Of a DNA stretch of 64,000 nt, positions 1 to 11,399 are shown piece by piece; position 1 is the first letter of the stretch; the number at the start of each line of letters is the position of its first letter. The position numbers and the translations under genes are program-made. Origin of the DNA: Octopus sinensis (lineage: Eukaryota). The notes beneath the pieces are model-generated. The model was not told where the DNA came from, did no database searches, and saw nothing but the letters and a program-made list of their open reading frames with translations. Location of the stretch: the NCBI RefSeq assembly GCF_006345805.1, contig NC_043023.1, positions 2,852,001 through 2,916,000 of the forward strand, read 5' to 3'.

Positions 1-148
1 CAAATCCCTGTAACTTAGTGGTTTGGTAAAAAGCGACCGATAGAATAAGTACTGGGCTTACAAAAGAATAAGTCCCGGGGTCGAGTTGCTTGACTAAAGG
101 CGGTGCTCCAGCATGGCCACAGTCAAATGACTGAAACAAGTAAAAGAG
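1..148 (+). mobile_element. 3' half of the dominant ~400-bp tRNA-derived SINE (here family A)
   Basis: Matches the tail of full copies elsewhere in the window (GATAGAATAAGTACT...GGCGGTGCTCCAGCATGGCCACAGTCAAATGACTGAAACAAGTAAAAGAG). Confidence 0.85.
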
Positions 149-562
149 TATATATACATATATACACACATGCTGTATGTTTATATATAGATATATGTAT
201 TTATGTGTGAAGGTACATGGCTCAGTGGTTAGAGCATCAGGTTCACAATCATGAGGTAGTGGGTTCGATTCTGAGGTTGGGCTTTGTGTTGTATCCTTGA
301 ACAAGACACTTTATTTCCCGGGGTCGAGTTGCTTGACTAAAGGCGGTGCTCCAGCATGGCCACAGTCAAATGACTGAAACAAGTAAAAGAGTATGTATAC
401 ATATATACACACATGCTGTATGTTTATATATAGATATATGTATTTATGTGTGAAGGTACATGGCTCAGTGGTTAGAGCATCAGGTTCACAATCATGAGGT
501 AGTGGGTTCGATTCTGAGGTTGGGCTTTGTGTTGTATCCTTGAACAAGACACTTTATTTCCC
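73..562. repeat. 243-bp direct tandem duplication (SINE A tail plus SINE C head)
   Basis: 73-318 is repeated almost identically at 316-562; TCCCG microhomology at the junction. Confidence 0.9.
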
Positions 563-790
563 GTTGCTCCAATTCACTCAGCTATAGAAAAGTGCTGCAA
601 TGTCACTGGTGCCAAACCATATCAGCCTTTACCTTTCCCTTGGATAACATTGGTGGCTTGGAGAGAAGAGGATGGCATGCATGGGTAACTGTACGTCTTC
701 CATAAATAATCTTACCCAGGGTTGTGCCTCGAAAAGGAGCCTTCTACCTGTAATCCCGTGGTTATTCATGACCGAATAGGATCTTGACCC
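455..790 (+). mobile_element. tRNA-headed SINE with RTE-like 3' tail (family C)
   Basis: A-box TGGCTCAGTGG and B-box GGTTCGATTC; body CCTTGAACAAGACACTTTATTTC; tail ...TTCATGACC...ACCCTTT. Related copy at 59757-60400. RTE origin of the tail is inferred. Confidence 0.7.
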
Positions 791-1055
791 TTTTATATAT
801 GTATGTATGTACATATATCTCTATGTATATAAACGGCAAAATGTCTGTCTGTGTGTGTGTGTATCCTTTATATAAATCCACAATTTTTCAGTTAGATGGC
901 TTGCACTTTCTATGGTCATTCAAAACCATCCAAGGGTGGTCGTGCACATCTTTACACTTCCCCAGTCACCCCGCAAAGCCATTAAAAAATCATATGCCGG
1001 GTCATAGTGCTAGTATATATATATATTCACACACATACCATATGTCAATATATAT

Positions 1056-1222
1056 AGGGAGAATTCACAATAGATGAAGACAGGTGGTATAGACAAAAAA
1101 CAGATATTAGTTTAATGCTCAGGAACTGGATAAGTGTTTAACGTTTCGAACCTAAGCTCTTCCACAGAAAGGAACACAGAAAGAAACAAGGAGAAAAAAT
1201 AAAGAATCTGTAGTGGCTAGCG
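1056..1222 (-). mobile_element. Penelope-like (PLE) repeat fragment with variant minimal hammerhead motif at 1136-1171
   Basis: Minus strand reads UUU-CUGUGGA-A-GAGC uuag GUUC-GAAACGUU-AAA. Same element at 25173-25302 and 55501-55682. PLE attribution follows from the known PLE-HHR association. Confidence 0.6.
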
Positions 1223-1419
1223 TGTATATATACATACATATATATGTCTATATGTACATACACACACACATATATATATATATATATACACACACACATA
1301 CGCATATTCTGTGTGCCTATATATGTATATATGTATATATATATGTGTGTGTGTGTATACACACACACAGTGTATGTGTATAATAAATATATACACATTA
1401 TCTATCTATATATATAATT

Positions 1420-1538
1420 GAAATTTACAGAAAAACAAAAGACAAAGATAGCTGTATAAACACAGACAGGTGTATTAATTTAATACTCAGAGAGATAAGA
1501 AAATCTTTTAAGTTTCGAGCCTACGCTCTTCAACAGAC
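1420..1538 (-). mobile_element. Diverged PLE-like fragment with degenerate hammerhead motif at 1505-1538
   Basis: Minus strand CUGUUGA-A-GAGC guag GCUC-GAAACUU; flanks resemble the 1056-1222 element. Confidence 0.5.
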
Positions 1539-1568
1539 CTAATGTGTTTGTGTATATATATATAAATA

Positions 1569-1607
<39 letters not shown>

Positions 1608-1690
1608 TCACATTATCTATCTGTATACATATATATATATATATATATAAGTATGTATGTACATATATATTTATATATATAATGTATGTA

Positions 1691-1927
1691 TTAAAAATGG
1701 GAATGGCCAATTTATGGGATTACCTCATGTTTCCCATCCCTAAACGGTTTAGTTTTATGGCATGTCGTCCACTCTCAAAAACCTGTTTGCTCATGACTTC
1801 TTTTTTTTTTTTTTGGAAAAGTCATGAGCCAACAGGTTTTTGGGATCTGACAGTATGCCATAAATCTAAACCGTTTATGGGTGGGAAACCTTATTTAATC
1901 CCATAAATGGGCCTTCCCAATTTTTAA
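1691..1927. mobile_element. Palindromic MITE-like element (~110-bp imperfect inverted arms)
   Basis: Left arm TTAAAAATGGGAATGGCCAATTTATGGGATTA...GCTCATGACTT mirrors right arm AAGTCATGAGC...TAATCCCATAAATGGGCCTTCCCAATTTTTAA; poly-T spacer. Confidence 0.7.
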
Positions 1928-2006
1928 CATATACTTTTCTACATCTTGGAGTGTGCTTCTTCTTTTGGGTTTATGTGTTTATAAACGATATATATATGTG
2001 TGTGTG

Positions 2007-2039
<33 letters not shown>

Positions 2040-2189
2040 CAAGCAAAATGCCCCTCCATCCAATGGACAGTGCTTAGTTGTCAATCATTTAAACCAAATA
2101 AGCCTCCCCTTTGAGAAACACTGATTAACCTAAATTTGAGACACCAGCAAAAGAAGAAATAAAGATAGACTTTTTTTCTATTCCAAGAA

Positions 2190-2382
2190 AAACGATTTTA
2201 CAAATGTACGTTTCCACGGCTTTATCGATCGCATTCTCACCTGGAATCGATTTTTGTAATTTTTTCAAGACTTATACACGCCCTATACTGTCATTATCTA
2301 CATATCAAATTTGAACGCAATCGGATGGAGGATGCCCGAGATCCTAGAAGACACACACACAGAATAGATTTTATATAATAGA
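2190..2382 (-). mobile_element. Non-autonomous Helitron-like 5' end
   Basis: Minus strand A|TCTATTATATAAAATC, then a (TG)n tract and CCGATTGCGTTCAAATTTG, typical of non-autonomous Helitron 5' regions. Confidence 0.5.
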
Positions 2383-2764
2383 TATATATAACATATGAGA
2401 GAATAACTATAATCCTAACTACCACTTTGCTAGCACTTCCTGCTGTGAACTATTCTGCATAGATTTGCATATTACATGTATATGTGGTAGGGCATAAGAA
2501 TGTCCCTTTTCCAAAATGATCATAACATCCCTCGGACTTTCTTTTTTACCTCATTTCCATTTGGTCCTGGTGCTTAGCCATTTTCTTGTTATTTTCTCTT
2601 AATTATTAATTCATATTTGCAGAACAGATGAAACCGTTCGAAAAGTCACTACATAGGGGCCAAAAACCTTCCAAAGTCTCCTAGCTGTCACTAATAGAAT
2701 TGTTTTCTGGAGCTTTACTAAATTAGGTTTTGTCCCTATATCCATCTCTTCAAATCTTTAGGCA

Positions 2765-2885
2765 TAGTTACTTCTTTACATTATTTACATTTGACGGATA
2801 TTTGTCCTCATCTTGTTTGTTGTTAACACAACATTTCAGCTGATATACTCTCCAGCCTTCATCAGGTGTCTTGGGGAAATTTCTG
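2765..2885 (-). mobile_element. PLE-like terminal-repeat fragment with decayed minimal hammerhead (2825-2870)
   Basis: Minus strand GACAC-CUGAUGA-A-GGCUG(10 nt)CAGCU-GAAAUGUU-GUGUU. Stem I has 5 bp; two CpG-type transitions relative to a canonical fold. Confidence 0.7.
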
Positions 2886-3138
2886 TGATACATTTTACCT
2901 GCACATTCATTAGCCTCTATCTCAATGGTCCAGGTGTTTTGCTATTTTCCCTCATTTACTATTAATATCTTTTTTCCTTCTTTCTTCAAATTTTCTTCCA
3001 TTTCTCGCCGAGTGTTTTCCATACACCTAGGGTAGAGACGCTCATTGTATGCATTCCCAGATTACACACGCAAATTCACAGGTAAAACATGTAATTAAGA
3101 AATTTATAAATAAATAAATTCATGAATGGATGTTGTTT

Positions 3139-3511
3139 TCACAGCAATAATGCTCTTCTCAGTACATGAGTCATTCCAGTTAGCATGATTTTTTGCACTT
3201 CCTGTAGGGATGGTAAGCCTGGTATCATTTTCAAATAGGTTTCAGTACCATTTTTTTAATCATTCCTAGAGATCCTACAATCACTGGTACTGTAGTCACC
3301 TTGAGATGCCACATTTTTTCAATTTCTATTAGCAGGTCTTTATATTTACTAATCTTGTCGAATTCTTTCGCCGCTATATTGTGATCACAAGGAATACTCA
3401 TGTCAATTAATAAACACACCTTTTTTGTCTGATCTTTTATAATAATATCCGGTTTATTAGCTTTTATAGTTTTGTCGGTATGTACGAGGAAGTCCCAGAG
3501 AATCGACACAT
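3139..3511 (-). pseudogene. R4/Dong-clade non-LTR retrotransposon, C-terminal restriction-like endonuclease fragment
   Basis: ILWDFLVHTDKTIKANKPDIII...LIDMSIP...KISKYKDLLIEIEKMW...PVIVGSLG is a PD-(D/E)xK RLE signature; frameshifted continuation ...VQKIMLTGMTHVLRRALLL*; adjacent to (TAA)n. Confidence 0.85.
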
Positions 3512-3557
3512 TATTATCATTATTATCATTATTATCATTATTATTATTATTATTATT

Positions 3558-4105
3558 GAGTGAGAGAGCAGTGCATGCCATCGAAGTGACATTGGGTTAC
3601 AGTTATACAAAGCCCAATATACCTGTCATGACTACCCATCTGAGATAAGGGTACACTAGGCACATGCATCACAACCATATGTGCACGACATGGTGATCTC
3701 ATATCAAGATAACCATTGCATGACCTTGAAGGTAGGACCCAGTTAAAATTTTCTTCAGGATGAGTAGCCCATGCTGCTCAAAAGGTCCCTGAATAAGGGT
3801 TGTTTAAGGATGATGAATGAAACTCCCATGTTTCCAGAGGTGAATTATTCAAACCCCAAAGAATTCCTCCCAGCACATGGCTATGATTCTCCCCCACCAC
3901 TTCTGCTCGTGATCAGAGATGCACATATCGTCAGCCACTAAGGGACATGCCCTCAACTGGTTATGGTCAAGCAACTGACAAGCAAATCTGTGGTATTGAG
4001 CAGAATATTTGCTGTGAGCCAACTTTTAAATAATGTACATGATAATACTTCCAATCATTTGAGATAGGAGGCCATGAGAGCCACTGCCTGGTACTGCATC
4101 AGGGC
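3558..4105 (-). mobile_element. ~550-bp non-coding retroposon inserted in (TAA)n
   Basis: Flanked both sides by TAA repeats; 3' end ...CTCTCACTC-AATAATAAT on minus strand; homologous copies at 11651-12109 and 32325-32881. Confidence 0.8.
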
Positions 4106-4114
4106 AGTTATTAT

Positions 4115-4340
4115 TATTATTATTCTGTGTTTGACTTTTGCTTTACATTTGTACAAATTGGCTCCAAGTCTCACACAGAGACCTCAAGAGACAACAATTT
4201 GGAAGTTCATGTTGGTGTTATGCCTAGGGTACCATATATTTGGTTTTGTACATAGTGTTGTTCTAGAGAATGTTTAAGAAACCATAAGAAAATTATGTTT
4301 ATTTTAAAATTTGAGATTACATAGAAAGTAGTTTGCGTAG
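4115..4340 (-). mobile_element. 3' UTR fragment of another TAA-tailed (R4-like) non-LTR element
   Basis: Minus strand ends ...GAGGTCTCTGTGTGAGACTTGGAGCC...CAAAAGTCAAACACAG-AATAATAAT; clade assignment inferred from the tail and context. Confidence 0.45.
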
Positions 4341-4371
4341 GTATTATTATTATTATTATTATTATAATGTA

Positions 4372-4760
4372 GGCTCAGGCATGGCTGTGTGGTAAGAAGC
4401 TTGCCTCCCAACCACATGGTTCCAGGTTCACTCCCCCTGCATGGTACCTCAGGCAAATATCTTCTACTATAGCCTTGGGCTCACCAAAGTCCTGTGAGTA
4501 TGTTTGGTAGATGGAAACTGAAAGAAGCCCATCGTATATATATGTATATATCTCTGTGTTTGTATATGTGTCTGTGTTTGTTTCCCTCATCACTACTTGG
4601 TAAGCAGTGTTGATGTGTTTATGTCCCCTCAACATAGTTGTTTGGGAAAAGAGACCAATAGAATAAGTACTAGGCTTTAAAAAATTGGTCTTGGGGTCGA
4701 TTCGTTCAACTAAAACCCTTCAAGGCAGTGCCCCAGCATGGCCACAGTCAAATGACAAAC
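4372..4760 (+). mobile_element. SINE family A, diverged near-full copy
   Basis: tRNA-like A/B boxes (TGGCTGTGTGGT, GGTTCACTCC), internal TA/TG tract, family tail. Confidence 0.85.
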
Positions 4761-5010
4761 ACATAAATGATAAAAAATATATACAGACATATCTTTTTAT
4801 TTGTTTCAGTAATTGGACTGTGGCCAGGCTGGGGCACTGCCTTGAAGGTTTTGAGTCTATCAAATCAACCCCTTTACTTAAATTTCTTTTAAGAGGGTAC
4901 TTATTTTGTCGTTCTACTTTGCTGAACCGTTAAGTCAAAGACAAGTCTGAGCTGGGGTCATAAACACAGGTACATACACAGATATACACAAGCATATACA
5001 GATATACACA

Positions 5011-5170
5011 GGCGTAGGAGTGGCTGTGTGGTAAGTAGCTTGCTTACGAACCACATGGTTCCGGGTTCAGTCCCACTTGGGCAAGTGTCTTCTGCTATAG
5101 CCTCGGGCCAACCAAAGCCTTGTGAGTGGATTTGGTAGACGGAAACTGAAAGAAGCCCATTGTATATATG

Positions 5171-5201
<31 letters not shown>

Positions 5202-5404
5202 ATGTTTTTGTGTGTTGTGTTTATCCCCCCCAACATCGCTTGACAACCAATGCTGGTGTGTTTATGTCCCCGTAACTTAGCATTTCAGCAAAAGAGACCG
5301 ATAGAATAAGTACTAGGCTTACAAAGAATAAGTCCTGGGGTCAATTTTCTTGACTAAAGGCGGTGCTCCAGCATGGCCACAGTCAAATGACTGAAACAAG
5401 TAAA
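5011..5404 (+). mobile_element. SINE family A, full copy
   Basis: GGCGTAGGAGTGGCTGTGTGGTAAGTAGC...GGTTCAGTCCC head through GAAACAAGTAAA tail. Confidence 0.9.
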
Positions 5405-5889
5405 TGAATAAAAATGAAAAAGCATGCACAAGATGGGCTTCCTTCAGTTTCCATCTATCAAAGCCACTTATAAGTCTTTGGCTGTCCCTGGGCTTTAGTA
5501 GAAGATACACATCCAAGATGCCATGCCATGGGATTGAAACCCAAAGTAAGTTGTTTCAAAGCAAGTGCCTTAACCATACAGCCATGCATACGTACATGTA
5601 TACATACATAAATGGCTGCACGCATGCTTGCATATATGCATGTGTGAGCATGTATGTATATTGCATGTGTATATATATTTATATGAACGAGGATGTTTGT
5701 ATAATATATTCATATATGTATATGCGTATGACCATTTGCATGTACATCTGTGTATATATGTTTACATATGGGTGTGTGTGCGTGTGTATATATATATATA
5801 TATACACACCATAATTATATTATATATAGTACTAAATTTAAATTTGTCCGCACCATTAATGCTTTTGATCACAGTAATATTATGTGGTA

Positions 5890-5988
5890 CTAGTGATATA
5901 TATACACACACATATATATATGTGTGTATATATGTATATATATATACACATATATATATGTGTGTATATATATATGTGTGTGTGTATG

Positions 5989-6022
<34 letters not shown>

Positions 6023-6850
6023 AATACACATGTGTTATGTGTGTATATATATATATGTGTGTGTGTGTGTATGTATATATATATATATACACACACACAC
6101 AAATACACATGTGTTATGTGTGTATATATATATGTGTGTGTGTGTGTGTATGTATATATATATATATACACACACACACAATACACATGTGTTATGTGTG
6201 TATATAGATATATGTGTGTGTGTTGTGATTATATATATATATACACACACACACAAATACACATGTGTTATGTGTGTATATATATATATGTGTGTGTGTG
6301 TGTATGTATATATATATATATATACACACACACACAAATACACATGTGTTATGTGTGTATATATATATATGTGTGTGTGTGTGTATGTATATATATATAA
6401 TATACACACACACACAAATGACACGTGTTATGTGTGTATATATGTATATATGTGTGAGTGTGTGTATATATATGTGTGTATATGTATATATATATGTGTG
6501 TATGTGTGTCTGTATGTTTATATATATACTTGTCTTTATATATATATGTGTGTGTATGTATATATATGTGTGTATGTGTGTCTGTATGTTTATATATATA
6601 CTTGTCTTTATATATATATATGTGTGTGTATGTATATATATGTGTGTATGTGTGTCTGTATGTTTATATATATATAGTTGTCTTTATATATATATATGTG
6701 TGTGTATGTATATATATGTGTGTATGTGTGTCTGTATGTTTATATATATACTTGTCTTTATATATATATATATGTGTGTATGTGTGTCTGTATGTTTATA
6801 TATATACTTGTCTTTATATATATATATGTGTGTGTATGTATATGTATCTG
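5890..6850. repeat. Compound (TA)/(TG)/(CA) minisatellites with ~55-75-bp higher-order units
   Basis: Repeated CACACAAATACACATGTGTTATGTGTG and GTGTCTGTATGTTTATATATATACTTGTCTTT blocks. Confidence 0.9.
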
Positions 6851-7144
6851 TGCATTTGTGTCTGTATGTATGTGTTTGTAAACGTAGGTGTGTGTGTGAT
6901 TTCTTAGAATTTGTGAGTCATTTAAATGATTCCATTGTCTGTGACCGAATTGGTTGGAAATTTTTCGGTAGACTTTGTAGAGAGGACATTGTCACTAAAG
7001 AAGCGGAATAACAACAAATGACTTAAATTGATACAATTTATAATTAGCAAACGATGGAACAAGACAACATGGAGCTAGAGAGAGTGGCGGCGGCAGTGGG
7101 GGGTGGGTAGCGGTTTGATGGTTGGACAGATGGAAAAATCCATA

Positions 7145-7554
7145 GGCGCAGGAGTGGCTGTGTGGTAAGTAGCTTGCCTACCAACCACATGGTTCCGGGT
7201 TCAGTCCCACTACCAGGCATCTTGGGTAAGTGTCTTCTGCTATAGCCCCGGGCCGACCAATGCCTTGTGATTGGATTTGGTAGACGGAAACTGAAACAAG
7301 CCCATCGTATGTATGTATATATGTGTGTGTGTATATGTTTGTATGTCTGTGTTTGTCTCTCTAGCATTGCTTGACAACCGATGCTGGTGTGTTTACGTCC
7401 CCGTCACTTAGCGGTTAGGCAAAAAAGACTGATAAAATAAGTACTGGGCTTACAAAGAATAAGTCCCGGGGTCGAGTTGCTCGACTAAAGGCGGTGCTCC
7501 AGCATGGCCACAGTCAAATGACTGAAACAAGTAAAAGAGTAAAGAGTAAAAGAG
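7145..7554 (+). mobile_element. SINE family A, full young-looking copy
   Basis: Intact head, CpG-rich body, (GTAAAAGA)n tail. Confidence 0.92.
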
Positions 7555-7661
7555 AGATGTGTGTGTGTTTGTGTATAAAGGCATGTGGGTTAGTGGTTAG
7601 TGTGTTGCACTCACAGTTGTGAGATCGTGGTTTCAATTCCTGGGCCGGTGATATACTCTTG

Positions 7662-7962
7662 CTCTTTTACTCTTTTACTTGTTTCAGTCATTTGATTGCG
7701 GCCATGCTGGAGCACCGCCTTTAGTCGAGCAAATTGACCCCGGGACTTATTCTTTTGTAAGCCCAGTACTTATTCTATCGGTCTCTTTTTGCCGAACCGC
7801 TAAGTGACAGGGACGTAAACACACCAGAGACACACAAACAGATACACACACACATATATATATATACATATATACGACAGGCTTCTTTCAGTTTCCGTCT
7901 ACCAAATCCACTCACAAGGCTTTGGTCGGCCCGAGGATATAGTAGAAGACACTTGCCCAAGG
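7662..7962 (-). mobile_element. SINE family A, 5'-truncated, inverted relative to 7145-7554
   Basis: Reverse complement of family tail and body. Confidence 0.9.
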
Positions 7963-8954
7963 GAGTACTAGACTTGAACTTGCAAAGTGGAAATATTTTA
8001 TTTTACCTTTATATCTGGGACGTAGGATGTCCCGGAAAAAAAATTTAAAATACCCACCCCCCAGACGTAGAGGTAGGCTGGATTGTAGCTACACTTCTAT
8101 ATAAAAGGGAGGACAAGATACAATTGATCGAAATTGCGAGAGATGGGCTAACAATTCCAGTCTGTTATATATTTCGAGTATTGTTATCACTAGCGATATC
8201 AAGATATAACTTTGCATTTTGTATTTTATGTGTAGATGTATATATATATAGATGTACATGAAATATGTACACATATATATACACATATATACATGCACTA
8301 GCTCTATGACCCGGCAACGACGGGTCTTTACTGCTAATACATATATATATATAGGGAGAGAGGGGGAGAGTGAGTGAGCGAGAGGGGAAGGAGAGGAATA
8401 GACTGAGTGGGAGAGGAAAAAGAATGAAAACAGATAGATAGATAGATAAATAGATAGACAGATAGATAGATAGACATATATATATTATATATATATATAT
8501 ATAATATATATATAATATATATAATTTATATATACATATACACACACAGAACTAGAATAAGGTAGGGACACACACATACATGCACACATACACACACACA
8601 TGCATAATACACGTATACATTCGCACACACACATGTACACACAAAGAGAACGATGGCTCCAAAAGACATGTGGGACTTAATCAAGAAACGGCCATGTGAT
8701 TAATGTAAATCTGGACAGCTTTTAATTGGATTTGAGCTTAAATTCTTGATTATTGACCTGGAATCGTCCAGAGGAATTGGAAAGGGAACGTTAGTCTTCG
8801 TAATTTTGGTGGGGTTTAATTGTTCCATAAACCATTGTTGAGATGGAAACCATTCCAAAGCATTAAAATGACTCTCCAAAGTTTTAAAGGGCCACCAAGG
8901 AAAAGGAAACGTTCGAAAGGAATGGGAGGAAAATAAATAAACATGTAGGGGTTG

Positions 8955-9420
8955 GCATGGCTGGGTGGTTAGAAGTTTGATTCCCAGCCACATGGTTCTG
9001 GGTTCAGTCCCACTGCGTGGCATCTTGGGCGAGTGTCTTCTACTATAGCCTCAGGCTGACCAAAGCCTTTTGAGTGGATTTGGTAGATGAAAACTGAAAG
9101 AAGCCTATGTGTCTTCTACTATAGCCACAGGCTGGTCAAAGCCTTGTGAGTGGATTTGGTAGATGGAAACTGAAAGAAGCCTGTTGTGGCTGTGTGGTAA
9201 GTAGCCTGCTTGCCAACCACATGGTTCCAGGTTCAGTCCCACTGCATGGCACCTTGAGTAAGGGTCTTCTTCTATAGCCTCAGGCTGACCAAAGCCTTGT
9301 GAGTGGATTTGGTAGATGGAAACTGTCTGTTTGTTCCCCCACCACTGTTTGACAACCAGTGTTGGTTTGTTGACATCCATGTAATTAAACACTTATAGCC
9401 AGTGCTCCAGCATGGTAGCA
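8955..9420 (+). mobile_element. SINE family A with internally duplicated head segments
   Basis: GTGTCTTCTACTATAGCC...GAAAGAAGCC block occurs repeatedly in tandem. Confidence 0.8.
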
Positions 9421-9774
9421 GTTCAGTGTTAAGAAACTAATAAAAGAAAAGTGGAAAAATAAATGACACAAAATAAAAAATCCAAAACAAAGACAAACAA
9501 GAATGAAAAACGACATTTTAGCTGACGATGATAACAACAAGATCAATAATAACAGAAACGTGTTGTTGTTACTGCTGCTGTGTTCTTCTTTTTTTTTCTT
9601 CTTCTTCTTCTTCTCCTCCTCCATCTTCCAATTCTTCTTCTTCTTCTCTTCCTCCATCTTCCAATTCTTGTTCTTGTTCTTTTTCTTCTTCTTCTTATCA
9701 TCATCATCATCATCCTTATTATTATTACTATTATTATTATTCAAGCGTGAATAATAATAATAGTAATAATGCCG

Positions 9775-9985
9775 GTGACAGGAGAAAAACCATTCGAGCA
9801 AGGTCGTTGCCAGTGCTGCCTGACTGGCTCCGTGCCACTACACTCTTAGGGTGGTTGGCTTTACGAAGGGCATCCAGCTGTAGAAACTCTGCCAGATCAG
9901 ATTGGAGCCTGGTGCAGCCATCTGGTTTGCCAGTCCTCAGTCAAATCATCCAACACATGCTAGCATGGAAAAGGGACATTAAATG
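9775..9985 (+). mobile_element. SINE family D 3' part ((GAT)n-tailed)
   Basis: GAAGGGCATCCAGCTGTAGAAAC...CCATGCTAGCATGGAAA...ATGATGA; relatives at 12430-12590, 18490-18700, 21490-22000, 22020-22220, 39335-39560, 45430-45700. Confidence 0.75.
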
Positions 9986-10080
9986 ATGATGATTATTATC
10001 ATTGTCATTATTATTATTATTATCATTATTATTATCATTATTATTATTATAATTATTGCTATTATTATTATTATTATTAC

Positions 10081-10132
<52 letters not shown>

Positions 10133-10386
10133 GTTATTATTATTATTATAATTATTGCTATTATTATTATTATTATTGTTTTTATTAGTGCTGCTACTAT
10201 TCTTGTTGTCATTGATATCATTGTTGTTGTTATTATTTATTATTATTACTACTGCTGCTACTACCACTACTACTACTACTACTATCATCATCATAATCAT
10301 TGTTATTATTATTACTGTTATTATCATTAGTTCTATTATTCTTGTTGTTGTTATCGATATCATTGTTGTTATTATTATTATCATTG

Positions 10387-10424
<38 letters not shown>

Positions 10425-10460
10425 TATTAATCATTGTTGTTATTATTATTATTATTATTA

Positions 10461-10498
<38 letters not shown>

Positions 10499-10575
10499 TA
10501 TTATTTTATTATCATTATTATTATTATATTATTATTATTATTATTATTATTATCATTATTATTATTTTATTATTA

Positions 10576-10627
<52 letters not shown>

Positions 10628-10660
10628 CATTATTATTTATTATTATTATTATCATTCTCT
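9985..10660. repeat. (ATT)n trinucleotide microsatellite field
   Basis: Direct inspection. Confidence 0.95.
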
Positions 10661-11278
10661 TTTGTTTCAAACAAACAAAACGCAAACAGCATTTGTATTT
10701 GTGTTAAATCTCCCTTTTGATATATCGCACAGCTTTTTTTTTTTTCTTTCCTTTTTCCACTGATCCAGCTAAAACCGTTCCAAGGAGCCAATCGCCGATC
10801 AATATCCGTGCATTGGCGAAAGGGGGGGGGGTTAATCAATACAAATAACAGAAACGGCGCCTCGGTGCCGTTGAACTAGAAATATTTTTGGCTAAACCGT
10901 AAATTAACAATCTTCTCAAGGGATCTCCTCTCTCTCTTTGATGATTCCAAAGTGATTGGTTTGTCCTCTCTTTCACCCCTCCCCCCCCCACCACCACCAC
11001 CTTTGCCGATGTCAGTTACCGGATTAGTTAGTTAATCACTCAAACATCATTAAAAGTCGGTAATTTTCGTTGGTTTTATTTCTTTTGTAAAATTTTTTTT
11101 TTTTATTTGCTCAGACGTTGTTTGCTGTCTGTTCGTCTTTCATCTTTGGTCATTTGTTTAGCTGTTGTTGTTGTTGATGCTATTGTTGGTAAAATTCCTC
11201 TTTCTTTCCTTCTTCCGCTTCTTCGTCATCTTCTTCTGCTTATTGTTATCATTAATATTCTCATTATTATTATTATTA

Positions 11279-11312
<34 letters not shown>

Positions 11313-11326
11313 CGCTGTTGTTATTG

Positions 11327-11370
<44 letters not shown>

Positions 11371-11399
11371 AACTATGATTATTATTATTATTATTATTA

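Noticed and set aside
2600-2700. Strong acceptor TTTGCAG followed by short open frames
   Set aside because: No donor and no recognisable peptide.
4085-4105. Similarity of CCTGGTACTGCA to U2 snRNA stem-loop IV
   Set aside because: Only an 11 of 12 match with no flanking U2 similarity; likely chance.
5628-7011. Long ORFs rich in Y/I/C/V/H/T (also 33791-34605, 41368-42640, 56396-57414, 62995-63990)
   Set aside because: Translations of (TA)/(TG)/(CA) microsatellites, open in many frames on both strands.
7145-7225. tRNA genes
   Set aside because: A/B boxes belong to SINE heads; no complete cloverleaf, and each continues into a SINE body.
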